A stretch of DNA of 64,000 bases from contig OZ336878.1 of assembly GCA_965287045.1 (NCBI GenBank), positions 63,736,001-63,800,000 of the forward strand. Reading direction: 5' to 3'. The notes beneath the pieces were generated by a model that saw nothing but the letters and a program-made list of their open reading frames with translations, made no database searches and had not been told where the DNA came from. This document shows, one piece after another, positions 25,811 to 36,850 of this stretch. The stretch's first letter is position 1; every line of letters starts with the position of its first letter. The position numbers were made by a program, and so were the translations under genes. Source of the stretch: Carcharhinus amblyrhynchos. Taxonomy: Eukaryota.

Positions 25811-27550
25811 ATTTATCTTTGAAAGAACAACCCCAGTCCAGCACTTGGCTACCTGAGCAACCTGGCTCTCAAAGCACCTGAAATTTAGACCTAAAATAAA
25901 GAAGAAAATTGTTAACCCTCCATTGTATTTTTTGTCCCTGTATGTTGTTTAAAAATGACTACATTTCACACTGTAAGTGGTCTTTCAATTCCTCTGCTGT
26001 TCTGTTGAGAACAGTCATGATCTTTGCAGCCCTCATTTAGCTTCAAGACATAACACTTACTGGCTGTGTGACTTATTTCATACATTGTTTTGTGTTTGCT
26101 GCAAGTACTTATCACTATATGTGATAATGTGTTTTTATCCTTTTAACAAATGCACTCTGCTTAAAACCAAATGTTCATATGCAGATTAAGCAACAGCACA
26201 GCGAGTGTGCAGCAGCATAAATTAAATCTCCATGACATTCTGCCACATAATTTTTGTGTTAATCGGTTTGCTTACTTAGAGATTAACACTTCCAGTAGAA
26301 CATTAGGCAGATTCCCAATCTTACCATTTACTTGCATTGTTAACAACAGTTCACACATAAGGAAGAATAAAATCTCTGCCCTTTGATGAAGCATTCCTTG
26401 GAGTATGTATAGGAGACAGAGAAAGAATAGTTCTTTCTGAACAAGAGGTGGACTTCGACTTTAGGGAGTGGTGTATTCCAGAACTTTGGGGACCAAAGTT
26501 TAGATGTGCCCATTTTTCATCATTATAGGTGCCATTTGCTGTACCCTGCACAAATACTTCCTGTACAGGACCCATCAGATGCCATTTTGATCGACAGTTG
26601 GAGTTTTTGATGCAAGTTAGTTAAGTAGACAGATCATGACATCAGTCAACATGCAATGCTGATTTGGCTCTAGTTGTTCCAATTTTTTTATCTCACTGCT
26701 ACAGTTAACCTTAACCTCCCGCAGGTGGACACAGTAAGAAGTCTCAAGACACCAAGTTAAAGTCCAACAGCCTCTCATGATTGTGCACTCAGACATGCAA
26801 CCACTAACAATGCGCTTAGTGCTGGCTGCTGTGTAAATGTGGAGGTGACAAGTTTGCTTGCTGCTTGTACCAGAAGGAACAGGGATGAGTCAAACATCAT
26901 CCCCAGGCACATTCTGGGCCTTATCCAATATTTCCCCCTTGTAGTTTAGAGGACAACCCTGCAGTTATAACAATACCTGTCACAAGGAATATGGAAATGG
27001 TTTACAACGCCTGTAGTAATGTTCATACAATCTTTGGAAAACACAATACTGTTTTTCTTTGGAAAGGCTGATATATTACACTTTAAAAGCAGTGTATCCT
27101 TTTCAGTCTGAAAATCAGAAGGCTCGAAACTGCATCACAATCCAAAGCCCTCAATTAAAAGGAGGTGCTATTAAAACAGGAGAGGATTTTTGGTGTGGGC
27201 CCTGCGCATTAATAAGTGGGGGGGGGGGGGAGGGGCGGTGGTGTTCCTCTTCCCCCCGACTCCCCGAAAGAAGTTGACATTATAGAGTGCGAGGTATAAA
27301 AGGAAATGAGCTACTGAATGCGAGCTCATTAAAATGACACTCGGCGAATGCCAGAAATTATTTACAATTAGCACATGTCCATAATTCAGTGCATGCCTAC
27401 AGCATCAAATACTTCTCTTTCTCCAGTGCTCCATTCAGAGTGGAACTCGTATTAAGCATTCCAAGCGGAAGAATAATATCTTTATAATCTCCGTTCACTT
27501 AGAAAGACTCTTATCACCTCATTAGAGCCACAAATTAACATTTCTTCTAC

Positions 27551-27640
27551 CTGGATCTTGGTGAGATAGACTTGCAGCTATGGAGAAGCTGTGGTTGCGG
27601 CACGCAATACAACAGCCAAAGCTACATCCTTTTTGCTTCT
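27551..27640 (-). CDS. Candidate 90-nt symmetric (phase 1-1) exon of an unidentified gene
   Basis: Strong acceptor tctttctttttcag, weak donor CAG/gtagaa, one open frame KQKGCSFGCCIACRNHSFSIAASLSHQDP; no homology recognised. Confidence 0.25.
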
Positions 27641-28399
27641 CTGAAAAAGAAAGACTTTGTGTCAAGCCTTTTAGAACACATCTGACTATTGAAGCCCCTG
27701 GCTCACATGAAGCAAAGATTGATTATGCTAAGAATTAACATTTCATGAGGCGTTCATTATGGTTTTCCTACCTCCGCGCTTCTTTTTAAAATTGACTTCT
27801 GAATAAATGTTGGCATTTCTAGGATAATGCACTGACTGGTTACATGAAGGAGCGAAGGTAAATTGAACAAGGTAGCGAGTGGTGCTCATGAATCAGTGTT
27901 ACGTGATCACTGGGTCTACATCGGCAGCATCACTTAATTTATTGCTAATTCATAGGAAAGGAATACAGGGTGATCTTTAATCTTCCCCTGCACCCACACA
28001 ACGTATGCATACATCCCCAGGTTAAGTCTGTGCACTGCCACATCACCTTGATGTGAACAGGTCCACGAGGCTGACAATGACAGGTCTATGGTAATGTCAC
28101 CGCCGGCAGTGAAGATTTGCTCTGAGCCAGGTGTAGTAAAATTCTTAATATTAATTTCTGCTACATGGAACATGTGGAGGAGAGTCACTGCTGGTAATTT
28201 CTTGGATTTTTGGTGGCACATCGACGTCCAGCGTAAAAACCACAAGTTTGCGGTGTCGAGTCGAGCACAAAATTGCAGCTTAAAAAATACGAGTTAAATC
28301 AACCAACACCCGAGGCAAAGGCGGAACTGAGATAAATTAAAATGCCATTGTGTGCATTTTCTGTGCTAATCGCGCTCTGGAAGGGATATTTGAAGAACA

Positions 28400-28627
28400 G
28401 GCTGAGATTTTCTAGCCACCAGCGGGCTCTTCTGCTCCAGTCAACAGCGACCTGCGGCACCCCACCGCCCCCCACCCCTCCACCACCCCTGTGGGTTCTC
28501 CAGTGGTGATGGGTGCAAATAATAGGAAAACCCATTGACACTGACCGGATCAGAAGCTGGTCAATGATGGACTACCACCACCAGCACAAAACACGCAAAA
28601 CATGCTGGGGGTGGAAATTTCAGACAG
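28400..28627. mobile_element. MITE-like element
   Basis: Imperfect terminal inverted repeats ctgagattttcta / tggaaatttcag. Confidence 0.4.
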
Positions 28628-28714
28628 CGTTTCATCCTGCTTATCATGTCACCATGAGATAATTACTTATAAACTGTCTCTACACACAATGGAACAAGTG
28701 GAATTATGGAGGAA

Positions 28715-28965
28715 TGGTGGCAAAGTATTGATCTCACTATCCCAGTTAACCAAAGGCCCAGGCTATTGCCCACAATATATGGGCTCAAATCCCACCGTGG
28801 CAGCTGGCGGAATTCAAACTGAATTCATAAATCAGGAATTTAAAGCAACCATTAGTCATGGTGACTGTGACAGCTATCATCGGTTGCTGTAAAATGCCAT
28901 CTGATTCACGAATGTCCTTCAGGGAAGGGGATCTGCCACCCTTTACCTGGTGTGGCCTGCATGCT
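28715..28965 (+). mobile_element. SINE family B, 5' part
   Basis: gggctcaaatcccacc..tccttcagggaagg..ggcctgcatg. Confidence 0.75.
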
Positions 28966-29249
28966 GTTTCAAGAAGAGCAGCAGGTGCCCATGCCTCTGG
29001 AGTCAAGGGTAATTGTTTGGGTACCCTGCCCCCCATAGAGTCTCCCTGCCACATTATGTGCCAGTCCCTTTTATTATCCACTTCCTGGCCCCCCCCCCCC
29101 CCCCCCCCCGATTGTGATCCACCCCACCCCTCATCTCACCTGTCCGACTGGCCCTAACGACAGGTTTCTACTTGCCGCGACTGCTTTCACTGTCGCTGGG
29201 TCAGAATCCTGGATCTCCCTCCCTAACAGCACTATCTCCTGTTCTACAA

Positions 29250-29875
29250 GACCCACTAGGGTCAATGTTTCCCCTTGCTGGGGGAACTAGACCTATAAAG
29301 ATTTTTTATTGGTATCACAATTGGGCTTACATTAACAATGAAGTTAATGTGAAAATCCCATAGTCGCCACACTCCAGTGCCTGTTTGGGTACACTGAGGG
29401 AGAATTTAGCATGGCCAATGCACCTAACCAGCACGTTTTTTCCGACTGTGGGAGAAATCCCATGGAGAATGTGTACAACATTACAGGCAATGACCTGAAG
29501 CCAGAATCGAACCCGGGTCCCTGGTGTTGTGAGACAGCAGTGCTAACCACTGTCCTGCCCCTATGGGACACAGTTTAAGAATAAGGAGGTCTTGCTTTAA
29601 GACAGAGATGGGGAGAAATGATTTCCCTCAGGGGGTTCATTAGTCTGTGGAATTCTTTTCCCCAGAAAGCAGTGGAGGCTGTATCATTGAATTTATTCAA
29701 GCCTAGCGTAGATAAATTTTTCATAGGCAAGGATTATTGGCGGGGGGGGAGGGGGTGGCTAACAGGAAAGTGAAGCTGAGACCACAACCAAATTAGCCAT
29801 GATCTTATTGAATGGCAAAGCAGATTTGAGGGGCCAAATGGCTGACTCCAGCTCCCAAGTCCTATGTTCCTAGGT
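29250..29875 (+). mobile_element. CR1 3' fragment split by a minus-strand V-SINE variant (29303-29562)
   Basis: MFPLAGGTR..GHSLRIR continues across the SINE; CR1 tail cctatgttcctag. Confidence 0.85.
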
Positions 29876-31024
29876 TCATCTTCAAATTTAAATCAGGTAC
29901 TTATCAGGCTCACCACTTCAGCGTAATAAATCACGCAGTAAGAGTGGTACAAATGATAAAAATAGCCTGATGCAGACAAAATGCAGACTCAATTCCTGAG
30001 AACATTGTCCTGTGAATATATATTTAGTGTGGTGGTAGATACCATACTATTATTTCCATAACTGTAAGAGCATAAGAGATGTTACAAAAGTAAATTTAAA
30101 ATATATATATACCTCCACAGATTTGGCACGTTTTTTTGGTGAAGTTGGATCAAATAAAGAGATGAAGGGTTATTGACACAGGGTTTTCCCTCAGGAATGG
30201 ATGTTTGGTCAATTCATACCTGGTCGCAGAAGGACTCACACAGCATGTTTTCTTAATCTACAGTTTTTTTTTCAGTTTCAAAGACGCAGGTTAGCTCAGA
30301 GGTGAGTCGGTTTTACTTGGATTGTCCATTCTACACAAAAAGGGAATATTCGCAGCAGCATGGTTGGGTCTGCACATGAGGAATCAGCATACTGAAGGGC
30401 AAAAACAAACAGGCACTGGAATGGGCCACACTGAATCAACGTCCCTCCCCGGAGGCAGGTTCTTCATGGTCTACCTTCCCCAAGACTGAACCAGAAGCTG
30501 AGGCGCTGCTGCAAAAGGGGTGAGGACCCAAACATGGTCCCGAAGGCTGAAAGTATTTCAAATCTAGAAAATTCTACTTTGTGCCTTCATTTGTGAATGC
30601 CAAGGTCCTGGGATCTTTCTTAGAGCAGCATTGTCAACTTCAAAGATTTACCTATGAATGGAGAAACAGCCAGGGCTCACTGGGTTTTGAAGCTAGAAGG
30701 TCTCATATTTTCACTAACCTTTACCCCAATTGAGTATTATACCCCAAGACCAACATTGCCAGTGACTACTGGGTGTCATTATTCCCACTGATGGGCTTTC
30801 CACACATGTTTCCCATTGAGTCACAAACATAGTGCAATAAAATGGATTGCTCAGTTCGAGTTACAACTTCCAATAAATAATAAGTTTCTCACAGCTCAGC
30901 AACATGGTGAACAGGTGCCCCAATAAACTGCATTGAAGGGCAAGAATTCACAGCTTCCATTTCAAATTGTCCCAAATTTGATGGACCAGTCGAGGGAGCT
31001 GCTGAGCAGATAAAAGCTGGAATT

Positions 31025-31130
31025 TGAAACTAAAACAAAAAATGCTGGAAAATCTCAGCAAGTCTGATAGCATCTGTGGAGAGAGAACTGAACCAACATT
31101 TCGAGTTTGGATGGCTCTTCATCAGAGCTG
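31025..31130 (-). mobile_element. Penelope-type terminal repeat fragment with hammerhead core
   Basis: Minus strand reads ctgatga-agag-ccatccaaa-ctc-gaaa-tgtt then ctctctccacagatgct..ttttccagcatttt. Confidence 0.65.
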
Positions 31131-33334
31131 AGCAAGGGCTGGACAGGCCGAGGAAGATGCTGAGCAGGGCTGGACCAGCAGAGGGAGATGCTGAGCGGGG
31201 CTGGACCAGCAGAGGGAGATGCTGAGCAGGGCCGGACCAGCAGAAGGAGATGCTGAGCAGGGCTGGGCCAGCAGAGGGAGACACTGAGAAGGGCTGGACC
31301 AGCAAAGGGAGACGCTGAGAAGGGCTGGACCAGCAGACCAGCAGAGGGAGATGCTGACCGAGGCTGGACCAGCACAGGGAGACACAGAGCAGGGCTGGAC
31401 CAGCAGAAGGAGACACAGAGCAGGGCTGGACCAGCAGAAAGAGATGCTGAGCAGGGCTGGACCAGCAGAGGGAGACACTGAGCTGGGCTGGACCAGCAGA
31501 AGGAGACACAGAGCAGCGCTGGACCAGAAGAAGGAGATGCTGAGCAGGGCTGGGCCAGCAGAGGGAGACACTGAGAAGGGCTGGATCAGCAAAGGGAGAT
31601 GCTGAGAAGGGCCGGACCAGCAGAGGGAGATACAGAGCAGGGCTGGACCAGCAGAGGAAGATGCGAGCGAGGCTGGACCAGCAGAGGGAGACACAGAGCA
31701 GGGCTGGACCAGCAGAAGGAGACACAGAGCAGGGCTGGACCAGCAGAAGGAGATGCTGAGCAGGGCTGGGGCAGCAGAAAGAGGTGCTGAGCAGGGCTGG
31801 ACCAGCAGAGGGAGATGCTGAGCAGGGCTGGACCATAAGAACATAAGAAATAGGAGCAGGAGTAGGCCATCTAGCCCTTCGAGCCTGCCCCGCCATTCAA
31901 TAAGATCATGGCTGATCTGTCGTGGCTCAGTTCCACATTCCCGCCCTCTCCCCATAACCCTTAATCCCCTCTCTTATCAAAAACCCATCAACCAGCTTCT
32001 TAAAAATATTTAGTGTGGTAGCCTCCACCACTTCAACGGGCAGAGAATTCCAGACATTCACCACCCTTTGAGTGAAGAAGTTCTTCCTCAACTCCGTTGT
32101 AAACCGCCCCCCCTTTACCTTGAGGCTGTGCCCCCTAGTCCTACTGTCCTTTCTGAGCGGGAAGAGTCTCTCCACCTCTATCCTATCCATCCCATTCATC
32201 ATCTTATACGTCTCAATGAGATCTCCCCTCATTCTTCTAAACTCTAACGAGTACAAGCCCAGTTTATTCAGCCTCTCCTCATAGCTCAATCCCCTCAACT
32301 CCGGCATCAGCCTAGTAAACCTCCTCTGCACTCCCTCCAAGGCCAAAATATCCTTGCGTAAGTGCGGCGCCCAAAACTGCACACAGTACTCCAGTTGCGG
32401 CCTCACCATTGCCCTGTACAGCTGCAGCAAGACCTCCCTACTTTTATATTCAATCCCCCTCGCTATGAAGGCCAGCATCCCATTCGCCTTCCTGACCACC
32501 TGCTGCACCTGCAAGCTGGGTTTTTGTGACTCATGCACAAGGACCCCGAGGTCCCTCTGCACCGTCGCCTGCTGCAGTTTTTCGCCACGTAAGTAATAAT
32601 CCTTCCTGCCATTATTCCTACCAAAGTGGACCACCTCGCACTTGCCAACATTAAATTCCATTTGCCAGTTCCTGGCCCATTTGCCCAGCCTATCTCGATC
32701 CTTCTGCAGACTCTCCACACCCTCCGCACAATTTGCCTTTCCACCAATCTTGGTGTCATCAGCAAATTTCGACACCATACATTCAGTTCCCTCCTCCAGA
32801 TCATCTATATAAATGGTAAATAGCTGAGGCCCCAGCACCGACCCCTGGGACACTCCACTAGTCACCAACCGCCAATCCGAATAGCACCCATTGACCCCCA
32901 CTCTCTGCCTCCTATCTGACAACCAGTCCTCTATCCACGCTAACACCCTACCCCCAACTCCATGTCCCCTGACCTCCTGCAATAACCTCTTGTGAGGTAC
33001 CTTGTCAAACGCCTTCTGAAAATCAAGAAGGACCACATCCACTGGCTCTCCTCTATCCAGCAGAAGGAGACACAGAGCTGGGCTGGACCAGCAGAGGGAG
33101 ACACAGAGCAGGGCTGGACCAGCAGAGGGAGACGCTGAGCTGGGCTGGACCAGCAGAGGGAGATGCTGAGCAGGGCTGGACCAGCAGAAGGAGACACAGA
33201 GCTGGGCTGGACCAGCAGAGGGAGATGCTGAGCAGGGCTGGACCAGCAGAGGGAGACACAGAGCAGGGCTGGACCAGCAGAGGGAAGCACTGAGCAGAGC
33301 TGGACCAGCAGAGGGAGACGCTGAGCAGGGCTGA
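31125..33334. repeat. 31-bp minisatellite (gagcagggctggaccagcagagggagatgct), about 23 plus 9 units, split by a CR1
   Basis: Tandem units visible at 31125-31834 and 33057-33334. Confidence 0.97.
31833..33058 (-). mobile_element. Young 5'-truncated CR1 LINE with open 371-aa ORF2 segment
   Basis: DFQKAFDKVPH, QGSVLGP and FADD motifs; no stops in 31927-33042; tail cataagaacataag. Confidence 0.97.
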
Positions 33335-33934
33335 GGTGTTTTGTCTCAGAGAAAATTCAAAAGCTCTCATACCTGCAGAAGCCTGGAAAAAATGCGGTTA
33401 AGCGGCCCTCCCATTACATAGTTAATGTCTACTATGGTGTTGACTTAGCATTTCAAAAACCAGTGTGCAGGAAGCAATCCTCAATTTGCTGCATGACCCC
33501 CACTGATAGCCACTTCCGATCTGACAATCCTGTAGCACTATCCTAACTCCAGCTGCATTTAACAGGAAATTCCATTGAGCTTCGTGACATTATTCTTATT
33601 CCGATGGGCACCTAACCACACCCATTCCCCTCCGCCATATGTATCAACCAGCACAATCCTGAGCCCTCAGAGTGCTAGACTGAGGCTGGTAAGTAGACAC
33701 AAAGATTTGGAGAAAAGTTGAACATTCAGGATGTGTACCCAACAGCACCTGCCAAAAAAATTCAAATAATAAATACACCTCAGTGGTTAAAGATGAACAA
33801 CTTGACACTAAATATAGAGGAAATCAAATTATTTTGAATTGCATCAAATCATCAACTTCTTCAGTGTAAAAGCTGAATGCAACAATTTGATTCCAACATT
33901 GTATTTGTTCAGCATTTGCCCTTTATTAGATTTT

Positions 33935-34195
33935 TGTTTAATTTATGTGATGTGAACCCACCTAGAGTCACATATCAGCTAGATCAGGTAAGGACGATAG
34001 ATTTTCTTTCCTAAAGGACATGAGTGAACCAGATGGGTTTTTACAACAATCCATCCATGGTCATCATAATTTTTTATTGAATTCAGATTTCATCACCTGC
34101 CATCTGTGGGATTCAAACCCAGATCCCCATAGCATTACCCTGGGTCACTGGGTTACTAGCCCAGTGACAATACCACAATGCCACCACCTCCCCAT
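33935..34195 (-). mobile_element. SINE family B
   Basis: gagtcacat..ctaaaggacatgagtgaaccagatggg..gggattcaaacccag. Confidence 0.75.
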
Positions 34196-35585
34196 AATGT
34201 AAAGACTGCTTGACAAGGGTGATCAGCTTCATCTGTTAATTTCTATAATCTCACCTAGATCCAGGATGTGCTTTCTGAGGAAAGTGATGGAATGACACTA
34301 ACTACAGAGAACGAGAAACAAGATTCACTCAAATTTCGTTTATTTCTCTATTTTAAGCATGTGCTTCTCACAACAAAACATGGTCAGATAAACAGAGTGA
34401 GATGAAATTTGCAGGACACATTCAACAGTGCTTTTACCCATTGTTTGTAGGTTCTAAAATGATCCCCTTTGCTGTTGTAGCTCAAACTCATTGATTAAGC
34501 AAATGTCATAAAGCCCCGTCTGAGGGTGAGAGCTGAGGTTGTATTTGGAATAAATCAGATGTGATGGTAAACGAGATTTGCAAACGTTTTATTAACAAAG
34601 CTCTGTTACCCTCATTTAAGCAGCTGAACTCTGTTTAATTGGGAGAGATTTCTGCTATCCAGAACTAGACTAGAAGTATACTCTCGTTTCTCTTGATCCT
34701 ATTTTTTTTTTCTAGACGTCAGACAAGTAGTGTGACCTTTCAGAGGGACCATGGCCAGTAGTAATGGAACAAAGCTGGGAGTCACTAACATGTGTATTGC
34801 ATTTTTTTTCATTTTCCAATATAACCTTTTTCATCAGTGAGGCAGTTTGTTAGCTGCTTGACATTGGGATGCTTGCTGTTTTAGAGTAGGTAGTGAAGCC
34901 AGCAGAAGTCTGCGACTAGGATACCCAGAATAGGGTGGTGAGGTCCCATTTAACCTGGGAAAATGGTCAGGGTCAGAGTTGTACTCCGTGGCTGGGGAAT
35001 GGAATTGGTAGTGGGGTGGCAGGCAATGGCTTCTGTCTTCTGGAAGTTGACATCTTGTTGGGTTCAATGGTGTCAGACGATGCTGTAAGTATTCTGAATG
35101 CTGGACTGTCATGGAAGTTGACTTAAACTGATCCCAGAGTGGAACAATGGAAATTCCTGGGAATTGGGACCATACCTCTATCCCTTACAATACACATGTT
35201 GGTGACTCCCAGCTTTGTCCCATTACTACCGACCATGGTCCCTCTGAAAGGTCACACTGCTTGTCTGACATCCAGTACTGGATAGCAGAAATCTCTCCCA
35301 ATTAAACTTTCGGGTGACAGGAACAATTCTCTTCCACCCTGCTACCAACTCCATTCCCCAGGCACTGAGTAGAACACCCTCCTTGGCTGTTTCCCCAGGC
35401 TAAACTGAAGCTTGCTAACCTGTTTGACCCTGAACTGAGCTTCTGATCTCCATATTCACTTCTTCATAGTTACTGCCTGGTTCCACTTCTGTAAGATTTC
35501 ATATCTTTACTCTGCTTCATCCAGTCAGCTGCTGAAATTCTTGTCCTTGTCTTTATTACCTCCAAACTCAACTATTCCATTGTTC

Positions 35586-35920
35586 TTAGAATCATAGATA
35601 GAATCATACAATCCCACAGTGCAGAAGGAGGCCATTCAGCCCATCAAATCTGCACCGACAACAGTTCCACCCAGGCACTATCCCCATAACTCCACGCATG
35701 TACCCTATTAATCTACCTGACATTAAGGGACAATTTACCATGGCCAATCCACGCAACCCACACATCTTTGAACTGTGGGGAGGAAACCAAAGCGCTCAGA
35801 GAAAACCCACACAGACACAGGGAGAACATGCAAACTCCACATAGATAGCGAACCAAGTCTGGAATTGAACCCGGGTCCCTGGTGCTGTGAGGCAGCAGTG
35901 CTAACCACTGTGTCACCATG
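35586..35920 (-). mobile_element. HE1-type V-SINE
   Basis: Complete head, V-domain and (tagaatca)-type tail. Confidence 0.9.
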
Positions 35921-35924
35921 CCAA

Positions 35925-36048
35925 CCCCATAATAATTTTGATGTTTCATTAGCACTACAATGATCTTCCTCTTGTCTGTACTTCATGTTATTACTGATAA
36001 ACAGACAAAATCAGTGCCCATCTCTGCATTTGAGCTGTAGCTAAAGTT
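35925..36048 (-). mobile_element. Isolated Gypsy pol fragment
   Basis: Encodes TLATAQMQRWALILSVY..MKYRQEEDH; homologous to 3050-3170. Confidence 0.8.
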
Positions 36049-36612
36049 GTTGGAATTGAAGCTGGGTCTCTGGTGCTGTGAGGCAGCAGTGCTGACCACT
36101 ATGTCACCCTCATGTTCTGCATGCTATCCTCCCACTGAAGTAATCCTAACTCTGTGCAGATGCAATAAAAAGCTTGGCATCCAGGACCTCCCTTGCACCA
36201 AGTTGCACTCACACATCACCCCTGTACTCATTGACGTGCATTGGCTCCTAGCCCCTGGGGTAGCTGCGTTTTAATACTGTGCCATTCAAATGCCTTTAGG
36301 CCATGCTGCTACCCATCCCTATAACCACCTTCAGCCTTACAACCTGATGGAAACTCTGCGTTCTAGTCTCTTTCACATCCCCAATTTCCTTCAGACTAGC
36401 ATTGACAGTTATGCCTTCTGTCAGCCCTTAATTCTGGATTATCCTCCCTGAACCCTTCTCTCTCTCTCTCCGACATTCAGCACCTCCTTACTTCTATCTC
36501 AGATCAAGTCTGTGTCAACAACTGGGTTTCCAGCCTCGCCATGATGGGACATGCAACAGGAGATTCAATGGGCCCAGCCAAAACTCCATCGATTTACAGC
36601 AGAACAGGAAAA

Positions 36613-36850
36613 TCCCGGCAGTGGGCGGGGCCAGACCATGCCGGCAGTGGGCGTGGCCAGACCATCCCGGCAGTGGGCGTGGCCAGACCATGCCGGCGGT
36701 GGGCGGGGCCAGACCATGCCGGCAGTGGGCGGGGCCAGACCATGCCGGCAGTGGGCGGGGCCAGACCATGCCGGCGGTGGGCGGGGCCAGACCATCCCGG
36801 CAGTGGGCGGGGCCAGACCATCCCGGCAGTGGGCGGGACCGGACAATCCC
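36613..36850. repeat. 26-bp GC-rich minisatellite (ccggcagtgggcggggccagaccatg), about 9 units, within a MITE-like element (about 36520-36853)
   Basis: Tandem units visible; flanked by ggaaaatccc and ggacaatcccacc. Confidence 0.95.

Larger units (their letters stand above)
34633..36500. mobile_element. Cluster of ancient L2-like remnants in both orientations, with an inverted duplication (34633-34799 vs 35188-35307)
   Basis: L2-like ctttattacctccaaactcaactattccatt and cacatcacccctgtactcattgacgtgcattggctcc; inverted arms aligned by eye. Confidence 0.6.

Noticed and set aside
31030-31955. Long 277-288 aa ORFs and other ORFs over the 31-bp array
   Set aside because: They result from a tandem unit lacking minus-strand stops, with starts borrowed from the CR1 3' UTR
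31125-33334. CRISPR-like periodic repeat
   Set aside because: Units are head-to-tail with no unique spacers, no cas genes are present and the context is vertebrate
33373-33382. 10-nt microexon (ttttttccag/GCTTCTGCAG/gtatga, minus strand)
   Set aside because: Frame-shifting length and easily produced by chance without transcript data
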